64,000 nt of DNA from Nitrospinaceae bacterium (GTDB lineage Bacteria; Nitrospinota; Nitrospinia; Nitrospinales; Nitrospinaceae), in the NCBI GenBank assembly GCA_965223665.1, contig OZ245011.1:1-64000 (forward strand), read 5' to 3'. Both the position numbers and the translations under genes were made by a program. Shown piece by piece: positions 10,176 through 18,256 of the stretch. Position 1 is the stretch's first letter. Every line of letters starts with the position of its first letter. The notes below the pieces were generated by a model. That model had not been told where the DNA came from. It searched no databases and was given only the letters and a program-made list of their open reading frames with translations.

Positions 10176-10361
10176 TTAATGACCTGCGCCGCCACCGGAA
10201 CCAGTGGTCCACAAGTAATAAAAATCTAAACCCTGTACTTCCATAAGAGCCCAATTAATTAAAACGTAATAACAACCCATTGCTGCAGCAGCAATGATGA
10301 AGTGAATAATAGACTTTGGGGTTATAAATCTCTTTTTTTCTTCTTGAATCTCTTCTGACAT
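10176..10361 (-). CDS. small single-pass membrane protein (61 aa)
   Basis: AAGGGGAG RBS; one hydrophobic helix; Gly-rich C-terminus ending GGGGAGH. Confidence 0.7.
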   Translation of the reverse strand: MSEEIQEEKKRFITPKSIIHFIIAAAAMGCYYVLINWALMEVQGLDFYYLWTTGSGGGAGH

Positions 10362-10418
10362 GAGTCTTAAATCTCCCCTTAAACAAGGATTGTTGGTTGA
10401 TACATTAATTAAATAAAA

Positions 10419-10523
10419 CTAACGCCAAACTGAGGCAAACCAATAAAAGAACCAAAGACAGAAAATAACTGTCGCAATATAGATAATTGGCCCCGCAGTT
10501 TCCTTAATTTTCTCAAGATCCAT
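10419..10523 (-). CDS. unannotated membrane microprotein (34 aa)
   Basis: Manual translation MDLEKIKETAGPIIYIATVIFCLWFFYWFASVWR*; AAAAGGA RBS; single TM helix; below the ORF-track cutoff. Confidence 0.65.
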   Translation of the reverse strand: MDLEKIKETAGPIIYIATVIFCLWFFYWFASVWR

Positions 10524-10563
10524 TTTGGAAATTCCTTTTGAAAGTGACTAAATTGATTTATTC

Positions 10564-10591
10564 TTGACAGTAGTAAATTGCCAATGATAAT
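10564..10591 (+). promoter_or_regulatory. sigma-70 promoter for the 35-aa ORF
   Basis: TTGACA-N16-GATAAT about 40 nt upstream of the ATG at 10633. Confidence 0.55.
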
Positions 10592-10632
10592 TTATCCGTC
10601 CCGTTACTCAAACTTTTGAAAAGGAATAACAC

Positions 10633-10740
10633 ATGGCCAGTAAAGACGGAAAAATCTTCGATACTATTGTTATTATTGGATTGGGCGTTAATGTTCTAAC
10701 CGCCGTCTATTTAATCCTCATGTACTTTGAAGTCATATAA
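10633..10740 (+). CDS. unannotated membrane microprotein (35 aa)
   Basis: Manual translation MASKDGKIFDTIVIIGLGVNVLTAVYLILMYFEVI*; AAAAGGA RBS with 7-nt spacing; single TM helix. Confidence 0.7.
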   Translation: MASKDGKIFDTIVIIGLGVNVLTAVYLILMYFEVI

Positions 10741-10749
10741 AGCTGGCCA

Positions 10750-10779
10750 AATCTAACACAGGCCTTAAAAATGTGTCAA
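10750..10779 (-). promoter_or_regulatory. sigma-70-like promoter firing antisense across the 35-aa ORF
   Basis: Minus strand TTGACA-N18-TAGATT with an extended -10 (TGnTAGATT). Confidence 0.45.
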
Positions 10780-10845
10780 GGGTAAAAACCCGCAACCCCT
10801 CAAAAAAATTGATTTTGGGCAAAAAAATACAAATTTGGGTGTTTC

Positions 10846-11565
10846 TTAACCTGTAGCGGGAGCCAGGGGATAAATTACATAAAGCATCAGGTAAGTAGCC
10901 GTGCTGGTGCAAAGAATCAAAGCGAAAAGAATCATGGTGAATCTTCCCAGTACCCGATGTCTACGGGCTCCATTTGGTAACATCTTTTCTATTAATAGTT
11001 CCAGGCTTATTACTAGAGCAATTGTGGCAAAAATCAAAAAATAGGCCAACTGAGACTGCTTAGACTTCCCCATTAAAATACAAACTATTTCCCAAACCAG
11101 CCAAATTCCAATAATCCATAAAAACAACCGTTTAAATTTCTTTGGAGAAACTTTTAGATTTTCCGAAATTAGAGTGTATTCGTTATTAATTTTTTTACTT
11201 GAACGAAAACCCTCAATGATCATATAGGGTGTTAGTATTAGTCCCAATGTAACAAGGACTAAATGTGTGGTCAAAATAGGAACAAATACATTATTGTAAA
11301 CTTCGGTAGGACCTCCAAAACCCTCTTTTCCTTCAAATGAAAGTACACCAAGTGATCGTGCATAATAGTAACCCACAAAATAGATCACCATGGATATCAT
11401 TGAAACAAAAATAAGTTTGTGGTGACGAGTCCCTTGTCCTTTTTTGGCGTATCCCCAGGCTATTAAAAATAGTACGGTAAAGATAACTGCCAAAAGGTAA
11501 CTTAAATCGGCTCCAATAGAACCCGTTTCCACAATAAAACCGGGTTTTTTTAGAAAGTCCTGCAT
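10846..11565 (-). CDS. DUF420-family membrane protein (extended)
   Basis: RHHKL, YFVGYY...., F.G....Y....IL.TH..L and RRHR.LGR.T...........TY.MLY motifs; about six TM helices. Confidence 0.75.
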   Translation of the reverse strand: MQDFLKKPGFIVETGSIGADLSYLLAVIFTVLFLIAWGYAKKGQGTRHHKLIFVSMISMVIYFVGYYYARSLGVLSFEGKEGFGGPTEVYNNVFVPILTTHLVLVTLGLILTPYMIIEGFRSSKKINNEYTLISENLKVSPKKFKRLFLWIIGIWLVWEIVCILMGKSKQSQLAYFLIFATIALVISLELLIEKMLPNGARRHRVLGRFTMILFALILCTSTATYLMLYVIYPLAPATG

Positions 11566-11588
11566 AATTCTAAATCAGTTTAGGAAAT

Positions 11589-11768
11589 TTAAGGCTGGCT
11601 TTTTCCAAGAATTAGAGTGCCCCCATAAAAAACGGAGGCTCCCACGACGGTGCCTAGCAATAAGGGTTCCATTCCTGCTTGAGTAAAAAACATAATAACT
11701 ACATAGGTAAGAGTCACCAGCCCTACAATTTGCATTGCCCGTCCTAAGAAATAGCGAAAAGGGTTCAT
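11589..11768 (-). CDS. unannotated two-TM small protein (59 aa)
   Basis: Manual translation MNPFRYFLGRAMQIVGLVTLTYVVIMFFTQAGMEPLLLGTVVGASVFYGGTLILGKSQP*; fills the gap between 11775 and 11565 in the same orientation. Confidence 0.75.
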   Translation of the reverse strand: MNPFRYFLGRAMQIVGLVTLTYVVIMFFTQAGMEPLLLGTVVGASVFYGGTLILGKSQP

Positions 11769-11774
11769 GCGGAA

Positions 11775-12359
11775 TTAATTTTTTAAAACTTCACGAACTT
11801 GGTTATTGGCTTCGATCAGAGATTGAATATTGTCTCTTCCTTTATCTTGGATAGTGTCTTTTACTACCATCAGTGCCACTTTTCCCTGTTCTGTAAACAC
11901 ACCAGGAATTTCAGGTAATGAACCTTGGTTTTCTCCGGAAGAAAGGCTCTCATACCGACTCTTAACTTCCTGATCATCATACAATTCTTCTAAGGGATAC
12001 CTGAAAAGTAACTTTACATATTCCCGTTCTTTCTCAGCTTCATCTTTGGAATCCCAAACAATATTTTCCATTTCAATGGAAGCGGGTTTGTTGGATTTAT
12101 TTTCAAGGATGGTTTTGATTTCCTGAAAATAGGTTTTCATTGCTTCAGAATCTTTTAATTCATCCTGTGGGATTTTTGAACTGATTTCATAGACCAATTG
12201 GTTTTCTTCTAATACAGGGCGACTAATTTCATAAGTAATATTGTTGTGATTGAATCTTCTTCCTTTTTTAGGTTTAAATTTATTTTGCATTTCTTCAACA
12301 AGCTTATTTAAACCTTCGCCTGCAAATTGACTAAACAAAATCCCCTTTAAACTTGCCAT
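11775..12359 (-). CDS. hypothetical soluble protein
   Basis: 194-aa ORF with AGGAG RBS; no family recognised. Confidence 0.75.
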   Translation of the reverse strand: MASLKGILFSQFAGEGLNKLVEEMQNKFKPKKGRRFNHNNITYEISRPVLEENQLVYEISSKIPQDELKDSEAMKTYFQEIKTILENKSNKPASIEMENIVWDSKDEAEKEREYVKLLFRYPLEELYDDQEVKSRYESLSSGENQGSLPEIPGVFTEQGKVALMVVKDTIQDKGRDNIQSLIEANNQVREVLKN

Positions 12360-12488
12360 ATAAAAATCTCCTAATTCTTATAACTCTATGAATTTATGAA
12401 TACTAACTTATAAATATTTTATATTCCTTAAGAATCCAACGGTAAAAATTTTATTCCAGATAAAGGTAAAATGAAAACAATATAATTC

Positions 12489-13277
12489 TTAAATATCAGG
12501 TGATAGCGGGGGTTGGTTAGAGCCATTGACAGCTGTGTTTTTTAGAAATGATTTATTTCCGCCCGGTTGATAAACGTATTTCATTTGTATGCATCCCGGC
12601 TGTTTGTCCGCACAGTAAAAACTCAAAAATTGTATTTTTGCGAACTTCCTATCCGCCGTCTGCAACAAATAAATGTTTTTTCGTGGAGTAAGTTTATGAG
12701 TGAGGTAATTATACTTATACCATTGACTTAAAACCTCATTTTCCGTCTCTGTACGTGTGGCATTATCTAAAATAAATTTCTTTTCAGGAACATTTTCTAC
12801 TGCATCAAAATCCACTTCTCCCAGACTGAAAATACCACCGCCTCCAAATTTATTTGTGGCTCCACCATTGGTAACAATTTTTCCTCTTCTAAAAGCTAAA
12901 TCCCACTCTAAAGAAGATCGATCATGAATTTTAACTTCTTTGCCTCGCGAAAAATCAAAATAAGTCCAGTCTTCATCTGAGGTCGAGTTAATGACCACAT
13001 TTTTAGATTCAAGTAAATTGACATTTTTTACTGGAAGATTCTTTTGTTTCCCAGTTACACCAGAAAAACCACCGGTTTTTTTTGATTGATTTACGCTTGA
13101 GGAATCTAAAAATTGGTTAATTTGAGTTAGCTTTAAGGGTAGCCAAAAGAAACCAATCAATAATAAAGTCACACAAAGGTTAAAAATAAAAAGGTTCCTC
13201 CAAAGCTTTTTTTTCTTTAAAGCTTCAGGACTTAACTCTTGGTTCGGTTTATGTGTAGCTCCTATTTCGGTTCCCAT
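12489..13277 (-). CDS. HmuY family heme-binding protein with N-terminal membrane anchor
   Basis: WTYFDFS.G, WDLAFRR..I.TNGG, WY.YNY.THKLTP and FAKIQFLSFY motifs. Confidence 0.85.
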   Translation of the reverse strand: MGTEIGATHKPNQELSPEALKKKKLWRNLFIFNLCVTLLLIGFFWLPLKLTQINQFLDSSSVNQSKKTGGFSGVTGKQKNLPVKNVNLLESKNVVINSTSDEDWTYFDFSRGKEVKIHDRSSLEWDLAFRRGKIVTNGGATNKFGGGGIFSLGEVDFDAVENVPEKKFILDNATRTETENEVLSQWYKYNYLTHKLTPRKNIYLLQTADRKFAKIQFLSFYCADKQPGCIQMKYVYQPGGNKSFLKNTAVNGSNQPPLSPDI

Positions 13278-13288
13278 AATTTTTTAGA

Positions 13289-14188
13289 TTAGTTCGATTT
13301 GTAGAAATCTTTAACAATTTTTTTAATCGCTTTTCTTGAGAGTTCCTCTTTTTCCAACCACCGATAACGGCCTCCAAAAATATTTTTAACGGATGGTGTT
13401 TGCGATCCAGTGAAACGAGCTCCCCAAATATATTTACATTTTTTTGCCGGACGGTCCAGAATTATTAAAAAAGCTCCAAACTCTACACTTGATCCTAAAC
13501 TTTCCGCAAGTTCTCCACGCCTGTTTACATACTTATTAGAAAACCGTGTAACTGCTCCAAACATATATGCATCGATTTCTTTGGCCAAATTCCGATCACC
13601 TTCCTTCAGGGAATAGGATGACCCTTTTCCTTTAGAGGGTTTAGAGATAAGAGGAACATTTGGGGTGGCCACTATTTGCATTTGTACATCTTCCTTTTCC
13701 ATAGAAGCGGGGTCTAGAACAGGATATTTTCTCACAGATTCAAGCTCTTGAAAAAATTGATTAGCCACTAATGTACCTATTTTTTCATCTCTAAATCGGT
13801 CAGGAACTTTATTTTCGAATCCCATTACACCGATTTGACGAACGGCTTTAAAAGCCGCAATATCAAAAATTTTACTCTGAATTTGATCAACTGGTTTTTG
13901 TTGTAACAACTGAACATAATACTTTGGAAACTTGGTATGACCACAAAGTTTATTTAATGCGTCAGGGACTGGATGCGGCTCATTTATGGAATCCGTTAAA
14001 TGAGGGTTTTGTGACCGATAGATTCCATCGGGAACATTTTGGTCGGGATGTTCATGTAAATACGTTTTAGGCGCATCAGTGGAACGAGGAAAAGCGTCAT
14101 TTACGGGCATATCTTGAGCAGCCGCTGTTGTCGCCGCAAATCCTGTTACAAATATAATGTATAATAAACGCCGAAATTCGGGATGCAT
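13289..14188 (-). CDS. secreted hypothetical protein, possible CsgG/TolB-N-like alpha/beta domain
   Basis: Signal peptide ending AAA-QD; C-terminal half has the IGVMGFEN...ELES...Y.VLD...IDAYMFGAVTRF pattern. Confidence 0.55.
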   Translation of the reverse strand: MHPEFRRLLYIIFVTGFAATTAAAQDMPVNDAFPRSTDAPKTYLHEHPDQNVPDGIYRSQNPHLTDSINEPHPVPDALNKLCGHTKFPKYYVQLLQQKPVDQIQSKIFDIAAFKAVRQIGVMGFENKVPDRFRDEKIGTLVANQFFQELESVRKYPVLDPASMEKEDVQMQIVATPNVPLISKPSKGKGSSYSLKEGDRNLAKEIDAYMFGAVTRFSNKYVNRRGELAESLGSSVEFGAFLIILDRPAKKCKYIWGARFTGSQTPSVKNIFGGRYRWLEKEELSRKAIKKIVKDFYKSN

Positions 14189-14330
14189 ATCGGCATTCGT
14201 TCCTCTACCTGGTGGATAATATGGAAGGACTGTTGCCTTCCCAATGATTTCTAAATTAATATATCACAGGGTTTCAATGAGATAAATGTAATTTCGGAAA
14301 AGGGGATAATAGAAGAAGCTTTCTCTTTTT

Positions 14331-16355
14331 TTGAATTGCTGTTACTTCTCAATAAATTGTCAAAGGATTGCCTGTAAGAAAATGAACGTGAATAGCGCCG
14401 GATCAGATCCGGCTTTTTTTCAGCCTATAATATTACTGCTTTTTACCCTGGTTTCTTTAGGGCTGTTTGGGATTTCTCTATGGCCAAAATGGAAAAACCT
14501 TCAAAAAGCTGCTCCTGAGAACCGGTGGGATCATCCCCTAAAGCGTTTCATTAATACCCTAAGAATTGCAATAGGCCAGTCCAAAATGTTTAAGGATGTT
14601 CCGGCAGGCTGGATGCATGCTCTAATATTTTGGGGATTTTTAATATTACTTTTTCGCGCAGCCCAGTTTTTTTTAATAGGGTTTTTCCCAAATCTTTACC
14701 ATCAAAACCTTGAATGGAGTTGGGTAAATAATTTTTACGGGATTCTTAAAGAATTTTTTATCCTTTTGGTGACTTTGGCCTGTGTTTATGCTCTTTATAG
14801 AAGAATTATATCTAAACCCAAAAGACTGAATTTATCCGGTGAGGGCATTTTTATTTTAGTCCTTATTTTAATAATTATGGGTTCAGATATTCTTTATGAG
14901 GGAGCTAAATTAAAAATTGAAGATAATGTTCCTTCTTTGTGGTCTTTTTTGAGTTCGAGTTTCGCCTCTTTATGTTTGGAAAATTCGGCTTTTTCTCATC
15001 TCAATTTATATCAGGGTTTAGGGTTTTGGTTACATGTGGGAGCTATATTGGTTTTTTTAAATGTATTGCCAAGGTCAAAGCATTTTCATGTAATTACTTC
15101 CATCCCCAATGTATTTTTTTCAAATGTATCTGGGACGGGGAACCAAATTCAGAAATTAAATTTTGAAGATGAAAACATAGAAAATTTTGGGGTTACAAAA
15201 ATTGAAGAGTTTTCCTGGAAAAAAATATTAGATTTGCACACTTGTACTGAATGTGGCCGATGCGATGTGTTTTGTCCTGCCTTAAACAGTCAAAAACCGC
15301 TCTCTCCAAAACAATTTACTGTTGATTTAAGGGATTTTTTAAATGCCAATTTAGATTTAGAAGAAAAATCTATAATGGGAAATGCTATCCATGATGAAAC
15401 TGTTTGGTCTTGTACTACTTGTGGTGCCTGCGAAGAAGAATGCCCTGTCATGATTGAATATGTAAACAAAATGATAGATCTTCGAAGGGGTTTAGTGTTG
15501 ATGGAAGACCGCTATCCTAAAGAATTAACAGAGGCTTTTAGATCCTTGGAAACGCATAGCAATCCTTGGGGATTTCCGGGAAATCAAAGGGAAGCCTGGG
15601 CTAAAAAATTAGAAGTTCCTATTTGGGATACTAATAATCCTAGTGAATATTTATATTTTGTGGGTTGTAATGGGTCATTTGATAACCGAGGAAAAATGGT
15701 TTTTGAATCCGTAGTCCTAGCCCTAAAAAAAGCGGGAGTCGATTTTTCCATTTTAGGAAACCGGGAAGGATGCACGGGAGATCCTGCGCGTCGTCTAGGA
15801 AATGAATATTTATTTGATATTTTAGCTCTTAAAAACGTGGAAACTTTTAAAGAAGAAAAAATCAGGAAAGTCATTACCCATTGCCCTCATTGTTTTAATT
15901 CGTTATTGAATGAATATCCAGAATACGGAATAAAACTGGAAGTAATTCACCATTCTCAGTTGCTGGAACATTTAGTTAAGGAGGGAAAGATTAGTTCTGA
16001 AGTTAAATCAAATGAAACTGTCGTGGTTCATGATTCGTGCTATATGGGACGCCATAACAATGAATATGATGCTCCTAGAGAAACTCTGAAGTCAAAAATA
16101 GAGGATAAATCCATTCTAGAAGTTGAAACGAGTAGAGAGCGAGGGACTTGCTGCGGGGCAGGTGGAGGAAGGTTTTTGATTGAAGAGAATACGGGAACGC
16201 GAATAAGTCACAACCGAATTGACGAATTAATGGAGACCAACCCGGATACAATTGCTGTTTCCTGCCCCTATTGTGTTCTGATGCTTGAAGATGCTTTGAA
16301 AGCAAAAAAACTTAACGAAAAAGTTAAAGTGAAAGATATTTCTGAATTTTTGTGA
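14331..16355 (+). CDS. membrane-bound (Fe-S)-binding oxidoreductase, FadF/HdrD-like (TM domain, two 4Fe-4S clusters, two CCG domains)
   Basis: TM region with His (WMHALIFWGF, FWLH, SKHFH); CTECGRC...CP and CTTCGAC...CP; FVGC, CTGDP, CPHC, HDSC, CCGAGGG, CPYC. Start is likely at or after MNVNS. Confidence 0.88.
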   Translation: MNCCYFSINCQRIACKKMNVNSAGSDPAFFQPIILLLFTLVSLGLFGISLWPKWKNLQKAAPENRWDHPLKRFINTLRIAIGQSKMFKDVPAGWMHALIFWGFLILLFRAAQFFLIGFFPNLYHQNLEWSWVNNFYGILKEFFILLVTLACVYALYRRIISKPKRLNLSGEGIFILVLILIIMGSDILYEGAKLKIEDNVPSLWSFLSSSFASLCLENSAFSHLNLYQGLGFWLHVGAILVFLNVLPRSKHFHVITSIPNVFFSNVSGTGNQIQKLNFEDENIENFGVTKIEEFSWKKILDLHTCTECGRCDVFCPALNSQKPLSPKQFTVDLRDFLNANLDLEEKSIMGNAIHDETVWSCTTCGACEEECPVMIEYVNKMIDLRRGLVLMEDRYPKELTEAFRSLETHSNPWGFPGNQREAWAKKLEVPIWDTNNPSEYLYFVGCNGSFDNRGKMVFESVVLALKKAGVDFSILGNREGCTGDPARRLGNEYLFDILALKNVETFKEEKIRKVITHCPHCFNSLLNEYPEYGIKLEVIHHSQLLEHLVKEGKISSEVKSNETVVVHDSCYMGRHNNEYDAPRETLKSKIEDKSILEVETSRERGTCCGAGGGRFLIEENTGTRISHNRIDELMETNPDTIAVSCPYCVLMLEDALKAKKLNEKVKVKDISEFL

Positions 16356-16486
16356 TAATAAGTTTGCGGGTTTAGAAAAGATATGTGATTTTTTAACAGT
16401 GGTACTGTTTTGCAATCCTTAAATCACTCTGCGATACTGAAATAAGGAATAGAATAATTATATTCTTATTTTAAGCGGAGAATTTT

Positions 16487-18154
16487 TTGACTATCACACC
16501 CCTTCGAGTTTCCTTCCTCCTTACCTCATCTATTTTGCTTGTCTTTGGCCAAGTTGTAGGTTTTGAGTTTGTTAATTTTGATGATCCTTTCTATATTTAT
16601 AACGACCATGTTAAAAAAGGTTTAACTTTGGAGGGCATTATTTGGGCTTTTTCTCCCAGTGAAAACTCGGCTAATTTCCTGAATTGGATTTCCCATATGG
16701 TGGATGTCGAATTGTTTGGATTTAATCCTGCAGGACACCATTTTGTAAACCTTATACTTCATATTATTAATTCTATATTGTTTTTCTCAATCCTTTTTAA
16801 GTTTACAGGTTCCATAAATAGAAGCGCATTTGCGGCATTAATTTTTGCGATTCATCCGTTAAGAGTTGAGACGGTTGCATGGGTGTCCGACAGAAAGGAT
16901 TTGCTATGTATGTTATTTATTTTATTTTCTTTGAGAAGTTATGGAAAGTTTGCTGTAAAAACAAAATTAACTGATTACTTTTTTTCGTTGTTATTTTTTC
17001 TGTTTGCGCTTTTGTCAAAGGTGGTGGTTTTTGCTTTTCCTGTTCTTCTTATGTTATTGGATTTTTGGCCTTTTAAGAGAGTGTTGATTGGTAAGGAAGT
17101 GAAGGAAATGGGCGAAGGGAAACTACGATCATTAAAAAATATTTTAATTGAAAAAATTCCTTTTGCTTTGTTGTCTGGAATATTTGTTTGGATAACAATA
17201 GGTAGTATGAGAATTGGGGGGGCTGAAAAGGGAGGGGATAGGTTCCCGCTTGTTTTTAATTTTGAAAAAATTCCAATAAATTATTTAAGTTATTTGAAGA
17301 ACATTTTCTGGCCCACAGAGCTATCGGCATTTTACCCATTAATTTCTGAGGCTATTTCCATTGAGAAATTTCTTTTGGCGTTTCTAAGCCTGGTGGTTAT
17401 TACTTTTTTATTTTTTAAGAAAAAAAAAGAAGCTCCTTATTTGTTAATAGGGTGGCTTTGGTTTTTTATGATGTTAGCTCCCAGTATTGGAGCGCTAAAG
17501 TTTTTTCAATTTGAAATCGCTGACCGCTACACTTATATCCCACTTGTGGGAATTATTATAATTTTCGTTTGGAGTATTTTCGATTTTTTTAAAAATAAGG
17601 GGTTTCCTGAATGGATGCCCAAGCTATTATTGACATTTTCTGTGGTGGTTTTAATGAGGCTGTCGTTTGTTCAAACTATTACATGGAGTAATAACATAGA
17701 TCTATATGAAAATATTATTAATCAATCAGAACGTAACTATGTTGCCCACCACAACCTGGGTTTAGCCTGGATGGATCAGGGAAACACGCCTAAAGCGATA
17801 CATCACTTTAATAAGGCAGTTTTGCTATCTGAAAATTCTTTTGTTTCTTGGGTTAATTTAGGGAATGCTTATTTTAAATTAAAAAACTATAAAAACGCCA
17901 TATTTGCCTACCAAAAATGTTTGAAAATTGATCCCAACAATTTGGTTGCGCATTTAAATTTAGGACTTCTATATGATATTAAAGGCGAAGGTAAGAAGGC
18001 TATTATTCATTCGATGACTGCATTAGAATTTTTTAATGCTTATTTTGGTGCTGATTTTTCGAAATCGAAAGAACTTCATCACAATTTACAAAATATGCTT
18101 AAGAAATATGGCTACAAGCGCGAGGATTTTGTAGTAACGCATAAAAAAACTTAA
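16487..18154 (+). CDS. TMTC-like GT-C glycosyltransferase with C-terminal TPRs (copy 1)
   Basis: FVNFDD loop, HH..NL.LH, FAIHPLRVETVAWVSDRKDLL, ALLSK, EKIPF and ADRYTYIP motifs, then TPRs. Confidence 0.82.
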   Translation: MTITPLRVSFLLTSSILLVFGQVVGFEFVNFDDPFYIYNDHVKKGLTLEGIIWAFSPSENSANFLNWISHMVDVELFGFNPAGHHFVNLILHIINSILFFSILFKFTGSINRSAFAALIFAIHPLRVETVAWVSDRKDLLCMLFILFSLRSYGKFAVKTKLTDYFFSLLFFLFALLSKVVVFAFPVLLMLLDFWPFKRVLIGKEVKEMGEGKLRSLKNILIEKIPFALLSGIFVWITIGSMRIGGAEKGGDRFPLVFNFEKIPINYLSYLKNIFWPTELSAFYPLISEAISIEKFLLAFLSLVVITFLFFKKKKEAPYLLIGWLWFFMMLAPSIGALKFFQFEIADRYTYIPLVGIIIIFVWSIFDFFKNKGFPEWMPKLLLTFSVVVLMRLSFVQTITWSNNIDLYENIINQSERNYVAHHNLGLAWMDQGNTPKAIHHFNKAVLLSENSFVSWVNLGNAYFKLKNYKNAIFAYQKCLKIDPNNLVAHLNLGLLYDIKGEGKKAIIHSMTALEFFNAYFGADFSKSKELHHNLQNMLKKYGYKREDFVVTHKKT

Positions 18155-18256
18155 ACAAATAATGCGATTATATAATTAGGATTTTTCTTTTATCTTCTCC
18201 CCCTATTAGAATTAGTAAATATAGTTTTATGGTGGTTATTTAGAGGAGAGAGTTTT

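Noticed and set aside
14223-14243. GGAAGG-N7-CCTTCC hairpin (GGGAAGGC on the minus strand) upstream of the HmuY run as a cobalamin riboswitch
   Set aside because: The other conserved B12-element motifs and the required length are absent; it is only a 6-bp leader hairpin.
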